DNA from: the human T2T-CHM13v2.0 reference genome, Homo sapiens
Assembly: GCF_009914755.1 (NCBI RefSeq)
Contig: NC_060945.1
Strand: one strand, 5' to 3'
Length of the DNA stretch: 64,000 nucleotides
Made by a program: the position numbers and the translations under genes. The notes beneath the pieces were generated by a model, which was given only the letters and a program-made list of their open reading frames with translations, searched no databases and was not told the origin of the DNA. This document shows, piece by piece, positions 12,263-26,180 of this stretch; within the stretch, counting starts at the first letter, position 1; each line of letters begins with the position of its first letter.

Positions 12263-13122
12263 TGATATGGGAGGAGGGCAGAGAAGTGCTGGGAGGAGAA
12301 GAGTGGGTCCCTGATGAGCGCTCTACCCTCCAGCCTGTGCCCATGGACCTAGGTGAGGACAGGCACTCCTGCCTTCATGGCCAAATGTTGCATTTCCCAA
12401 ACCACCCTGGCCCGCCATGCCCCCATCCTGTGCCTATAAAAACCCCAAGATCCTAGCAGGCCGACTGGACATCGAGAGGAACACGTCAGCGGAAGAAGAC
12501 ACAAGTGGCTGGATGTTGAGGGGAGCATGCCGCTGTAAGAGCACACCGATAGAGCTGGCAGGCGGCAGGCCATCAACCGGTGGAATGACGCGGAGTTTGG
12601 CCAGGGAGGTTGGAGGAGAGCCCGGGCCTCTGAGCGGCAGGACTCCACGGGAAAACCATCTTCCTTCTGGCTCCCCCACCTGCTGAGAACTACTTCCACT
12701 CACACTGAGCAGCCCGACTCCAAGGGAAAACCATCTCTCTTCTGGCTCCCCCATCTCCTGAGAGCTACTTCCACTCTAAAACTTGCACACATTCTCCAAG
12801 CCCATGTGTGATCTGATTCTTCTGGTATACCAAGGCAAGAAACCCGGGGATACAGAAATCCCTCTGTCCTTGTGATAAGGAAGGAGGGCTAACTGAGCTA
12901 ACACAAGCCACCTATGGATGGCTAAACTAAAAGAGCACCCTGTAACACACGCCCACTGGGGCTTCTGGAGCTGTAAACATTCACACCTAGACACTGCCGT
13001 GGGGTCGGAGCCCCACAGCCTGCCCATCCACATGCTCTCCTCAGAGGTTTGAGCAGGGAAGAAACGAGCCACATCCCCATCACACACCCTGCGAGGGGGA
13101 CAAGGGAACCTTTCCGGTTTCA
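12263..13122 (+). mobile_element. Solo ERV1 LTR, LTR1 family
   Basis: TGATATGGGAGG...TTTCCGGTTTCA with TG/CA ends, TATAAAA at ~12435, exact TSD ATAC at 12259-12262 and 13123-13126. Confidence 0.82.
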
Positions 13123-14736
13123 ATACCACTTCATTACCTAACACCTTCGCCTGAATCTCTGTGGTGTACAGTACATCAAGCAGAGCCAATGACTGTGACA
13201 GTGTTTTACGCGGCCTTCCTCTATCTGTTCCCAACTATGACCATTTCCTGGCATTCACCAAATAATCTAGAAGATGTCTGCACACACCATCCCTGTGCTC
13301 ACATTATTGTTTTTATTGACCCCATAGTAACTCTCCTAGAAAAGTCCCACCTCTTGCTTAAGTGTTAATTGGGTGCTATTTTCTCTTTTGGGCATTACCC
13401 TTGCCCTCTTCCCTTCATCCCTTCCAAGGAGCATGCTCCTTCCTGGACACTGCTATTCTGTATGCCCACCAATCCCTCACTCTCCCTAAGGCCTTCGCAA
13501 TTGTTGTTGCTTCTTTGATTTTCAGTCTAGGTATCATTTCTTCAGGGGAGATTTCCCAGATGACCCTTTTATTCACTCTTATGGTATGCCTCACTTCTCC
13601 TTTTTAGCACTTAGAAAAATTTCAAGTAAGTATTTTTGAGTGCATTTAAAAAGTTTTCTCAGTGTTTTCTAATCTCCCTAAGAATTGAACTATTATTTCA
13701 TTCACTGTTATAAAGTCAATGTTGAGAAATTCATGTGTGTGTAAAGATAGTATCTTTAGACAAGTTAAAATGTGCTTCCAAATTTGCTTTATATTAGTAC
13801 ATAATTTCTCACACTTCCCTTTTTCTATTCCTCTAGACTTATTTACTTGCTTCAGGATAGTTTGGGTAAGAATTCAAAAAGAAATAAGTGCTTAGTCAAT
13901 CTTGAATACATACATTAATTTTTTTTTTCTTTTGGTCTGTGTCGTCATCAACAACAAAAATAATCCTTAAAGTCAGGTTTTTTTTTTTATGGCAGAAAAG
14001 TAGTATGTTTTAGTAAAAATTATTTTAGCTCTCATCAGAAAAAGGCCTGAAAGACAGAGTCATAAAATTTTACTGTAAGCCATAACATAAAAATAGTATA
14101 GGGCTGCTTCAGGCGCATAGAAAGAATTGCAAAATCTTGCCCTTCCTGCTTAGGATAAGTGACAAGGACACAAGAGAAGAAGATAAAAGGGGAGATACAC
14201 AACCGTGTCTTACTCTAGCCCAACAATAAGTAAAAACTCAAAGGTATAGGTGTGCTAGAAACTGCTATATTTGCAAGAAGAAACATAAGGAAATCAGAAC
14301 TGGTAACCAGATTCCCTAAGAGTAGACCACACCTCTTGAAAAATATGGCCCAGAAGCAATACAACAGGGTTAGAGAACAGGTGATTTGAAACAGTAGCCT
14401 GGAGCAGCAGGTCTGACTCAACCAAATCTAGGATCTGGAAGTTCCCACATATCATGATCAGGAGACCTGGAGGTACAGACAACACTGAAGACAGTGAAAT
14501 TTTGGACAATTAGCCACATCCCCAAATGAGGACAGGCAGCTACTGAACCTCAGCAGTCTGCCTCAGCAGGCAAGAAATGGATTCAACAGACCACTCAAAG
14601 TCAAAGCCAGATAGATAGCAGGTCATGAGTCCCCATCAATTTCTTGTAGGAAACAAATTGTGTAAGTTTCTATTTCTCATTTCCCAGTATGTGAGATCAC
14701 CTTTTGGAAAATAAGTGGGGAAATATAAGACATATT

Positions 14737-14779
14737 AAATATGGAATATTTATCAGAAATATGGAATATTTATCAGAAA
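14737..14779. repeat. 20-bp tandem duplication
   Basis: AAATATGGAATATTTATCAG x2. Confidence 0.9.
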
Positions 14780-14793
14780 GGACCTAAGTCACT

Positions 14794-15182
14794 TGTATTC
14801 ATCTTCTAAGGATGCCATAACAGAATACCTTAGACTGAGTAACTTAGACAAATGTATTGCCTCACAGTTCTGGAGGTTGGAAGTCCAAGGTCAAGGTGAT
14901 GGCAAGGCTGGATTCTAGGTGAGGGCTTCCTTCCTGACTTGCAGGTGGCCACCTTCTCACTGTGTCCTCACTTGGTCTTTCTCTGTGTATGTGCTCCTGA
15001 TGTCTGTTTTATATTTTTATTTTTCTGATAAGGACACTAGTCCTATTGGATGAGGGTCCACCCCTTATGACCTCATTTAAACTTGATTAATTCCTTAAAG
15101 TCCCTATTTCCAAAAACAGTCACATTGTGGGTTAGGACTTCAACCTATGAATTTTGGGAAGGATACAACTTAGTTCATAACA
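14794..15182 (-). mobile_element. MLT1B-like MaLR solo LTR
   Basis: CTCACAGTTCTGGAGGTTGGAAGTCCAAGGTCAAGGT...GGTTAGGACTTCAACCTATGAATTTTGGG. Confidence 0.8.
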
Positions 15183-15774
15183 ATCCTAAAAGGATATAAT
15201 CTGAACTAAAAGAGCTGAAGAAATCATCACATAGTAGTTACTCATGAGAAATATTAGTTATAGAACATACCGCAATCACATTTTGAAGTATTTAATAAAA
15301 ACGGATGCTAGAATTGCAACCCTGGAAAAGCTGTGTGGCTTATAAATGAATCCACAAGTGCATAAATTTATATGTATGTAGTCTTTTTAAATAAATAAAC
15401 ATCATGTATAAAAGGCAAAAGATCAAAAACAGCCTAAATACTCATCTATGGGATTTAATTTAAATCAATTATTGGGCCTTCATACATTATTGGAATTTTT
15501 ATATGCTCAGTGAAATGATAAGCTTTGACTTCACGTATTGAAATAGATATATCAATCTGTAATATTGCTATCATATTTTGTCTAGATTGACAAAGCACAT
15601 GCCTATCTTCTTTATTAATATGTTAATTTGTGACAATATATAAATTATAAATGATGAAATGATATATAACAGGCTTAACAAAGGGTTACAGGTGTCATCT
15701 CTGTGGCAATATTGTGATGGGCTCAAGATCACTGCTAAGAGAAGTAGTTAACTGCAGAATTAAATAGCCTGGCT

Positions 15775-15990
15775 CAGTAGTCACACCAGAGGTATCTTTG
15801 GCAAGTTATTTAATCTTAGGTTTTATAAGCCTCACTTTTTTCATCTATAAATGGGTCTAATAATTGTATCTATCTTACAGGATCATTGGTAGACCTAAAT
15901 GTTAATACAAGTAAAACACTTAGGAATGTGTGGGATATTGTGTGCACTTAATAAATGTCACATATTGTATCCTTTTATTATTTTTATTCC
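15775..15990 (+). mobile_element. MIR
   Basis: GGCAAGTTATTTAATCT...CTCATCTATAAATGGG-like MIR core. Confidence 0.65.
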
Positions 15991-16539
15991 TATTATTATT
16001 AGATACAGTCCCAAATAATTTTATTTCTGGTTTTACAAAAGACATGTGGTGCTTTTCAATCACTGAAATCAATAAAGCCGATACATATACAAAAATTTTC
16101 AAAAAAAATTAGGTAATCACAATTTTTCTCTCTGCAATTTTACTAACATTATTTAGAAATGATGCTATTAAAGGGCATTACTTCTACTCATATAGACACA
16201 TGCATAGCCAATTATTTCATCTCTTTACTCTTCATCTTTAAGCTTGCCCACTGACTGTCCTAACTGTAACAGACTTAAACAACAATTATTTGCATGTGCC
16301 AATAGCAGCTAGGGGCTAAGGAGTAGATAAGAGAGTCATTGCTTATGTGACCGAAGGAGACAAATAATACGTGGATGAGGCTTTTTAATTTTTGCCCTTG
16401 AGAGAGTAATGTTCTCCTATCTTAAAAGGAAATCGATACCTGATATTAGATGCACATAAACTAATGATCAATACATCATGACAGTAGATTTGTGAATTCT
16501 CATCTAAGTCAACTAAACAAAGAAACCTATTTTATATTG

Positions 16540-16946
16540 TGCTATGTTTTGAATTTGTTCCCCAAAGTTCCTGTGTTATAAATTGGTACCCAGTGCAGCA
16601 GTGCTGAGAGATGGAACTTTTAGGAGGCAATGAGTTTTGAGGGCTCTGCTCTCTTAAATGGGTTAATCCATTCATGGATTACTGGGTACTGAGGGAGTGG
16701 GTTAGTTATCATGAAAATGGGTAAGCAAGTTTGGCCATCTCTTGTGAGCTGTTCTTGCCATGTAATTAATGCCTTACACCACCAAGGGACTCTGCAGAGT
16801 CACCATTCGCAAGAAGGTTCTCATCAGATACAACCCCTCGATCATGGACTTCCCAGCATCCAGAACTGTAAGAAATGTATTTATTTTCTTTATAAGTTAC
16901 TCAGCCATGAGTATTCAGTTATACCAATAGAAAACAAATTAACACA
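16540..16946 (+). mobile_element. MST-family MaLR solo LTR
   Basis: TGCTATGTTTTGAATTTGTTCCCCAAAGTTC...GGACTTCCCAGCATCCAGAACTGTAAGAAAT... Confidence 0.75.
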
Positions 16947-19900
16947 TAGTAGTTTTCAATTAGATATAATTAATATAAAAAGAATACCAAAATCCATAAG
17001 GCAATCAGTGTGTAAACCCCACTCATTCTGATTTCTTCATTATGCATTCCTTCACTTAGATTTAAGTTGGAGGAATTTTAAGTGTTGTAAACATTACCAT
17101 TTTAATAACATGATATATAAACCTAGAAGGTAATACATTAACATATTTTACAGTAGTTTATGACTTTGTAAAGAAAAAACAAATAGAATGAACCTGCCAT
17201 TCATAATCTGTAGTTTTATTTCGAGAGCTGGGAATTCATGGGAAGTTTGTAACTGCAATTTGATCACCTCCCCTTTGAACCTATCTCAGTCATGAGTACC
17301 ATAATGTGCACTTCTTTACTTCAGCAGAAGCTGCTTAGAGACAAATTACTTTGGTGCTAGATTAAATGCACCTCAGCAGCTAGACTGGATGGCATTTCAC
17401 TCCCATGCAGAATCCTTGCAAGCTGCACTCTGACCTTCTGGATGACATCTTCTGCCTGACAGTCATTATTTTCTACCTCCAGCTCACTAGGACACCTAAG
17501 TGGAGCAGTCATTAGAGTTCCACAGGCAGCATAAATGGCCATATATATATATATGTTTCTGTGGTCAGAAATTGGAGGGGAGGAGATGAAAGGAAAAAAA
17601 GGGCTCCGAAGTTGCTTTTATTCATGACTGCACCTCTCCCTCACTGACTCTGAAGCTCACTGTTGTTGATTTCCCTGTGATCCTTGATTTCCTTGTGATA
17701 TTTCAAACCATTCCAGTCTCTAGATTGAAGGTTTATGTTGGCCTTGTTGTGGTACTATCCGATAGAATTTTGGATGATGTTTCTGTCCTACAATTCTGAA
17801 AATTGCCATTAAACAAAGGTTATAATGTAGTTAAATAAGGCATGTAGGAATAAAGCAAAATCAAGTCTGGAGGATGATACAACTCTTCTGCATGGTTAAG
17901 TATGTTGTAACAATGATTCTAGAGGGAGAGATCAGTGTCGAGTGGGTATTGATATAATGGTAAGTAACCCATTTCTCCAAATCTCTTGACACTGTTCACT
18001 CCTGCTTTCTTGTGCCTTATCTACTCTCCTCCCACTTCACCTCCTCTCTTAAAATTCTCTCCTCTTCCTCCCCTTCCCTTCATTATATTCTTAATGTTTA
18101 TTTTCATTTTTTTTTCCTGGTGAAGACATTTAACAAATCAAGAATGGATTCCAAGAATGCTGAAAGCTTCCTAGTTTTTTCCTATATGAAAATTATGCTT
18201 CATTCTTTCAATAAAAACATGCCAGAAAATGTAAATTATTCTGTAACTGCATTTTTTGTCTAGTTCTCTGGATTTCACCATCACATTCCATAGATGGCTA
18301 TTGTCTTTTATTTGCAAGGGAATATACTACTTGTTAGAGAAATAAGTAAATATTAGCTTAGATTTCTGCACTGGAAGTATGCAGAGCTTTGCTCTGGGGA
18401 TGAAATAAAATATGAAGTATGTAATTGGGAATATGTTGGCATAAAATGAGGGACTAATAAATGGTACCAAATATTGAATAAAGTGACAGTTTCATCAGCA
18501 GTATCAATGTTCAAGGCATGTAAAGAAATTAGAAGGCTTACAAAGAAAGTCTATCTCTCTTTTCCCAGGTGTGTGTAACAAAAGTTCTTGAATAAACCTG
18601 GATTTTGCTGATCTGGAGTTCAAGCAAGTTCATGCACATCTGCTAAGTTAATGGGGCAGTTGCATTATCTTGCTGTCACGTTTATTTAATGCTGAAACCC
18701 ACTGATGGTAAATTATACCATAAAATTTTAAATTATATTTTACAATATAGAAATGTGCATAAATAAAACACACTGTGTAAAAAAAAAATAATCTACACAC
18801 TGAGAGACAGACTCATACTCAAGCAATTCTCTGCTCCTGCTCCTAGTAACTATCAAATTCAGCAACTCAACCTTTTGTTATCACAATATCTTTAATAGAA
18901 TTGCTTCAGATTAAGTTTTTTTGTGTATTTTCTTTGAATAATATATTCTAGCTGCCTGTTGGGAAATATCAGAAACTAAATTAAACTATACATCTTCTCC
19001 ATATTCTTTTCTCCAGACTATATGCAAATATATTTATTTTTTATTTTCTGCATAATATTACAACTTTTAATTTTGTTAGATAAGCAAATTTTGGCTCCTA
19101 TTCTCATGTTCTTTCTACCAGCTGCCGTCCATTTTCCATCATTTATGCCATTATTTTACATTTAAAAGTAATTAATACCTATTTTCCATGTTAATTTTAA
19201 ATCTTTGTGCTTTGTGAGATAGTGTTTGAGAATAAAATAAAAATCATCATTTAACTTATTAGGATTGTGAAAATGCAATTCCTTTCTGAAGCCATAGAGT
19301 CCTGAAAGTTCTTTCTACTTTCTCATTCTATATATTGGCAGTTACAAAATATCTCAGTTAGTTAGCTTTATATTTGTCATTTCTTAAATGAATTTTTGTT
19401 TTCCTAAGAATTTTTCCTGGCACTTGCTTTGTTTCCCACACCCTCTTTCTCTATCTGCTAAAGTCAAACATAAAGTTCTTCTAGTGCTCTACTACTAAGA
19501 GTAATCCTCACCTTTCCAGCATTAGATATTGACAGTGATGGGCATTACCAGCTTTGATGCAAAGCAGCTTTGCCTGAGATGGTAGATGTGACACTATGGG
19601 ACAGATATTGCATCCTCTACAAGACTACGGGAAGTTTTGCAATAATGTTAAAAGACTTTAGTAGCTACATTCATTCTTCTAGCAGACAGGGAGGCTTTTG
19701 GCAGGAAATGATGCCATAACTACTGCTTTGGATAGGGGCGATATCATCAAAGATAACTTAAAAAGTAAAGGAAGATATTGTGGGTTTTATTTGAACACTG
19801 AGCAAACTAGTTCATGGAGTGCACGTAAGTTATACCTTCGAATTTCAAAAAACTATTAAGGTATTATTTTAAGATGATAAGATCTTTGAAAAAGCAGGTC

Positions 19901-20029
19901 GTAATAAACCCAGAGAAATGTTTGGTGTGTGACAGCCTGTGTCAACATAATTTTGCCCAAGTCTCTGAAACATTAGAAAAATATAGAAGCAGTAAATATC
20001 TATTCTAATGGCTTCAAGACATTTTCCCC

Positions 20030-20580
20030 CCTCTTCTCTGCAATGGCCTCTAATTCAAATTAATGGACCCCCAATGCTCCTGCCTCTGAGAAAAGCTCAT
20101 TGAAACATAAGTAAGTGTGTCTCTTACTCCATGATCCAACCGAGGCTAATGAGAGAATATCATATCACACTTGATTAATTTGAAAGTGGGCACTGGCCAA
20201 ATTACCTGAGTCAGAGTTCTTGCCTGAGGTTTTTCAAATGCTACCCTAGAAGAAAAGCAATTTCTTTATGGTGACGAAAGTTATGAGTCATAAAAACACT
20301 GGCATGTTCACTGGTTATGTTTCCTGCTATTTAGAGAAAACAGCTTTAAAGTGAAAGACAGTAAAGCCAGCATATTGAAAGAAAAATAAATTAGTACCAA
20401 GAGAGTTCTGATTGCATTTTTGTCCCTGGTCCAGTTGTTCATAAATTCGTTCCATCTCTGCCATCTGTATTTTGGTTGTTACATTTTCATTGAATTCTCT
20501 GAAGAAATGTTCTTCATTTTTCTCCCCAAATTAGTTTGAGTTAGGTTTATGTCAGTTGGCATTTAAGAATCTTAAGTAAT
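20030..20580 (+). mobile_element. Old MLT1 (J/K/L-like) LTR
   Basis: 3' end ...AGTTTGAGTTAGGTTTATGTCAGTTGGCATTTAAGAATCTTAAGTAAT resembles old MLT1 termini; boundaries uncertain. Confidence 0.5.
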
Positions 20581-20929
20581 TTGAAAAAGTTGAATGCCCG
20601 TTTATACTCACTAATGACTCTTTATTGAATTTTCTCAGAGTAAAGTTGACAAGTATTGCCATAGCAGGTGAAGTTCACTTCAGATTAAACACAATGTCTT
20701 TGACTGTGCCAAGAATATAATTTTATGTTTTGTCAACTATTAGGTAATAAGTAATTCCGGGATTCTGAGGTTGGCTTACTCATCAGTAATATTTATAATA
20801 TTAGAAATTTACTTCTAAAGAGAAAATTCACCACTTCCGTAATTTTATAGACCTTGATTTTTACATGGAATTTGATGTGTTTTTTATGTTTTATGCTAGT
20901 ATTTATTTAAAATAAATATTTAAATAACT

Positions 20930-20988
20930 TAAATAAATATGTTATCACTATATTATACAACGTAAATAAATATGTTATCACTATATTA
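20930..20988. repeat. 26-bp direct repeat, period 33
   Basis: TAAATAAATATGTTATCACTATATTA at 20930 and 20963. Confidence 0.9.
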
Positions 20989-21079
20989 ATGTTTTAAGGT
21001 GTGTATATGACTTTAATGACTGAATTTTTATCCATGAAATGCAGGCATTAAAAAATGGCATTTAGAACAGAGAAATGTG

Positions 21080-21676
21080 AGTTGCTCCTTATTGGCTATT
21101 TCACTTTCTGAAGTTTCAGTTACTTTGTGTTAACCCTAGTTCAAAAATATTAAACAGAAAATTCCAGGACTAAACAATGTATAAAATTTTAAATTGCTGC
21201 TGTTACAAGTAGTGTGATGAAGTCTTGTATTTTCCTGTTCTGTCTTGCTGGGGAGGCGAGTCATTCCTATGTCCAGCATGTCCACACTGTTTATGCTACC
21301 CACCCATTATTCTCTTGGAAGCCATCTTGGTGATCAGATCAACTGATATGCCAGTGCTTGTGTTCAAGTCACCCTTATTTTACTTACTAATGCCCCTAAA
21401 CACAAGAGTAGTGAGGCCAGCATCTGGATATGTCAAAGAGAAGCCCTAAAGTGCTTTCTTTAAGTGAAAAGGTGGAAGTTCTTAACTTAATAAGAAAAGA
21501 AAAAAATTGTATGCAGAGGTTGCTAGCACCTGTGGTAAGAACAAATCTTTTATCCCTGAAACTGTGAAGAAGGAAAAATAAATGAGTGCATAGTATATAT
21601 ATGGTTCAGTACTATCCTTAGTTTCAGGCATCCACTGGAGGTCTTGGAACATATATAAATAAGGGGACACTACTAT
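21080..21676 (+). mobile_element. MER44 (Tigger7-derived) DNA transposon
   Basis: ...GTTTCAGGCATCCACTGGAGGTCTTGGAAC...AAGGGGACACTACT end; internal AGAAGCCCTAAAGTGCTTTCTTTAAGTGAAAAGGTG. Confidence 0.75.
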
Positions 21677-22176
21677 CTATGTATGTACTGGTGTGCACAC
21701 ACAGTCAGCAATTGTTTTAAGGGTTGTTTACTTTAAATTGCAATAATAATCTGTTGTAATAACGTTACATGATCCACTAAATCATGTTACACAGAAATTA
21801 GCAAAAAACATTTTGAACTGCTTACTATATTAGTTTTTAATTATTATTCCAAAGATACAATATTTAAGATGACAGTTTTATTGAATAATGATAGAAATGC
21901 TAATGGCATTCCATAAAGTTTATATTAGAGCAGTATATTTTAATTTATTGATCTTTCTTATTTCTAGCAATCTACTCCCTCCCAATTCTTTTAATTTTAT
22001 ACATCAATCAAGATGACAAGATTGGTAGGCATATAGACAAAATATCTATAGGCACTTTCTAAGGTACTGGAAGTTATAGCACATCATGTGTTAACAAAAA
22101 CAACTTTTTAAAAACTCTTCTATAGCTTCACATATAATCGCAAGGCATGTGAACTTTAAGAAATCTTATGATGTGA

Positions 22177-22832
22177 TGATAGTGACAGGAGGCACACAAA
22201 TTCCTAGGCATATAGGGACAGGCCCCCAGTGAAACCCAACTTTCAAGGCAAAAACAGTGGAAAACCTAAAAACCAAGCTACAAGTCTAGAAAAAAATCCA
22301 TGGACTGAACTGAGAACCTCTCTTCCCATTTGGTGCATTTTCCTCTGATTGATCCCCTCCCTTCACCGATTTTACATATACCTACCCTTCCCTAATTGAT
22401 TTTCTACATTGCCATGCCCATCTTTGAGTGGTACATTTTTTTAGCCATTTTTGCTTACTCACAAACCAATCACCATGCACTCCCCCATTCAGAGCCCATA
22501 AAAACCCTGGACTCAGCCACACTTAGGGGACTACCTGCCTTCAGGTGGAGGACCACCTGTCTTCAGCTAGGGTACTGCCACTTTAGCTCCCCTCTCTACT
22601 GAGAGCTGTTCTGTGGCTCAATAAAACTCTTTGCCTTGCTGACCCTCCAGTTGTCCACGTAAATTCATTCTTCTTGGATACAGGACAAAAACTCAGGACC
22701 CACAGGTGTGAAAAGGGCTATAACACTATAACCCTCCCTCCTGCTCCTGGAGCAATGGGAGGCCTGAGCAGGGGCACTGCTGGCAGCAGAGGTCTCCAGC
22801 TGGTGAAGCAGCCCCCCAAAAATCCTCCATTA
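22177..22832 (+). mobile_element. Solo ERV1 LTR, MER50-like
   Basis: TGATAGTGACAGGAGGCACACAAATTCCTAGGC start; CCAAT, CATAAAAA and AATAAA in order. Confidence 0.7.
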
Positions 22833-23695
22833 CTGATGTTTCTTAAAAGAGATTATTTGTGATCCTGACACTCCAAAAATTACCCGGGTCTGTCCATATT
22901 TATTGATGCAATTTTATGCACAAATAACTTTCAGCCGTTTGGACTTAAAAAGTAAAACTAGGCTTTGTGAAAGCCTTGTTTCCATGGATAGAAAAATACT
23001 TAACTCCTATGGTTAGAATTGCCTTGAGCTACAAGTGTTAATTAATCATAATCAACAGTGTTTCAGTGATGATGTATCACCAGTTATTTCTAAAAATAAC
23101 AAAAAAATACACCAATAATATTTACCAGATGGGAACTAACTTTAATGATTGACTGGATTGGGGGTCCAAGCTCAAGAGCAATAAGTAGTATAGTCAGTCA
23201 TACATAACCATTTTGTTCAAACTTCCTGCTTACCCTTGCAATGATAATTTACCTAATATAATTATAAAAGTTGATGACTGATGGCTGTAATAAAAAATCA
23301 ATCTTTGAAGTAGAGAATAATGACAAAGTTTCCAAGTTCTGTGATGAAAGTACTTAGAAAGAATGTACAGTGACTCCATACATTCTGTTATCCATTAATA
23401 GCTCCTTGTTTTGACCTTAAACATGTCTCTCTTTGTCACATAACAATGCTGATGAAATCCACTTCATCACACAGACTCACAAACTTGGCCTTGTTCAACT
23501 TTTCCCTTTTCTTCTACTCAGACATTTATTCAGTTATCTAGGTTGGTTATTTTTAACTATGGAATGTTCTAAATCAGTTTTTCTTTCCTAGCTTATTATG
23601 ATTCCCTAATTTAAATTCCTCTTTGTCACCATTAGGAATATTGTAATAATCCCTTAACTTCCCTTCCAGATACCAGTATTTCTAGTCTTTGTTAC

Positions 23696-25562
23696 CAATA
23701 ATTCCCATCTTTTTGGTCTCAGGACTCATTTATAATCTTATAAGCTATTAAAGACCTCAAAGAGCTTTTTAAATGTAGATTCCACCCACTGATATATGCT
23801 GCATTAGAGAGAATAACTAAGAAATATCTATTTATATTAATTTATCTTAAAATAGACATTAAAATTCCATTACATATAAACATGATATCATATTTTTATA
23901 AAATAACTATATGTTTAATACAAAACATGAGGAGAAGAGAGGTATTACTTAAACATTTTTACTTAGAGGAAAAATGGATTCTCATATATGCTTCTGTGTT
24001 CCACTTAAGGATATCATGTATGGCTCTACACAAATACCTAGTTTGAAAAGCTGTTTTTCCTTTTTAATATCCTTTTCAGATTACTGTCAATATTCTTCTT
24101 TGATATAACATCAAAACTCAATAAGTGGTAGTTTGCTAATAATTATTTGCAATGTGGAATTAGAAAGCAGATCAACAAACGTTTACCCTCTTACATTAGG
24201 ATCTGTTGATACATCTGTGCTTTGACTCTTACCTGCCTGTGAATTTGCTGCATTATACATGGGTATTTAGAAAATGCTGGTTCCCTGAGTTGTGTAGATA
24301 TCCCAAATATTGAAATGTTTCATTATACAATATCAAAATCAGGTTCATTTTTATTAAGTTCAATAACAATATGATCAGAAAAGTATTAAGTATGAGAAAT
24401 GTCATGTTCTTGGTGGTGAATACTAATTTTCCAATTTTTTTTACTTGAAAGCTCAAATGTTATTATTAGCAACAAATACTTTAAGTTGTTTACTTCAAAG
24501 TTACAGTATCACTTATTTTTGAGGAAGTGTTCTTCAGAATGGCCGTATTTGAACTATCATAGTTTGTCAGTCGTTCTTTCTAGTAAAGGGTATTTTATAA
24601 AAACAGTAAAGTGTCAGGAGTCCCCAAGATTACCCCTAAGTTTGTGATTTACAGAAATTAGCATATAGTCATATTCAATGCTAAGATGCATTCCAGCAAA
24701 AGGAAACAAAGCAAAGTCAGCCAAGGGGGAAGGCTCAAGAAGCAAAATCTGGAGGAGACCAGGCAAAAGCTGCCAGGATGTACTTAAGTCCTCCAGTAAT
24801 GAGCTGTGACATGTGGGAAGTGTTGTCTACCAGAAAAGCTCATTCAGTCTCAACACCCGAGGTTTTTATTGGGAGCTGGTTATGTAGGCAACTTCTGCCT
24901 AGCATGTATCAAAATTCCGGATGCCCAGAGTGAAATCAAGAGTACAGCATAAATCACATTGTTTGTACAAAGATTTGGGGAATGGTGGGAACATAGACTA
25001 AATTCAAGTTCCCAGATGGCATCCAAGGGCCAGCATTGCAAGCAGACCTTTCTAAGGAAAAGTAGTCAGATCTGCCGTATGTATTATTGCTTTCCTGCAC
25101 AAGCAGCTAATCCATCTTACAACTAAAAAGTTATATACAGGTGCTTTTTCTCAATACAACAGTGATATATTGGTCTGCACCCTGTACTTTACACATACTT
25201 CTCATTTTGTGACACGTGACATTCAAAGATGTGTACCCAAAGTTGAGATTAAATAAAATTAATAATTTATTTCTGCTGCTTTTAGGAACTTTTCAGGTAA
25301 AATGGCAGCTTTTGTTTCTGTTTTTTCCTACTAAGCATTTATAATGAGGAAGAATATAATGGCTACTCATATAATTTAGTGCAACCACTTTGATTCATGT
25401 TAAGGCACAAGCAGTTTTATTCATCATTGCTTTTGCAACATTACTGCAAATATTAACACAGTGAAAAAGGCAAGAAACATCTTACAGTAATTTTGACCTT
25501 GCAGATCCTTTGAAAGTTTTCAGATACTCACAAGTCTACAGTCCACAATTTGGGAACTGTTG
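23696..25562. mobile_element. Charlie1-family hAT DNA transposon interrupted by an LTR
   Basis: TTTTTGGTCTCAGGACTC...AAAGAGCTTTT near the start and GTCCACAATTTGGGAACTGTTG at the end match Charlie1a/b termini. Confidence 0.75.
24612..25101 (-). mobile_element. MER21-family LTR nested in Charlie1
   Basis: Minus strand starts TGTGCAGGAAAG..CTTAGAAAGGTCTGCTTGCAATGCTGGCCCTTGG; TG/CA ends. Confidence 0.7.
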
Positions 25563-25922
25563 TTCTACACTATAGGTACAATTATCTCTGTGAAATACTA
25601 ATCTGATATCTTTCCTTCCATTGTTTAACAAACATTATGACTCTAGTCTCTATGGAATAATAACCAGGCATTGTATTGAATTCTTAACAAATGCTGACTT
25701 TAACTGGCCCTTTCAAGATAAATTGTCCCCTATTTCTGCAAAGCCGTGCCTGCTAATCATTCCATAAGCATAGTGGTCTCTCTTCTTAGAATGGTATCCA
25801 CTATTTATAGATTCTTATTTATCAGTATTCACATTGATTTATTTAATGTTATCTCCATCTAGGCCCAATGGAAATGTAATCAAAATTATCCGTAAAGAAC
25901 TATTTCCCTAGCTTATTAATAG

Positions 25923-26180
<258 letters not shown>

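Noticed and set aside
14215-14790. Purine-rich stretch that could be an exon or an ancient LTR
   Set aside because: No convincing ORF or splice pair, and I cannot assign a family
17200-17560. Unique-looking sequence, possibly a conserved non-coding element (also 32080-32480 and 61900-62230)
   Set aside because: Conservation cannot be judged from one sequence, and there are no diagnostic motifs
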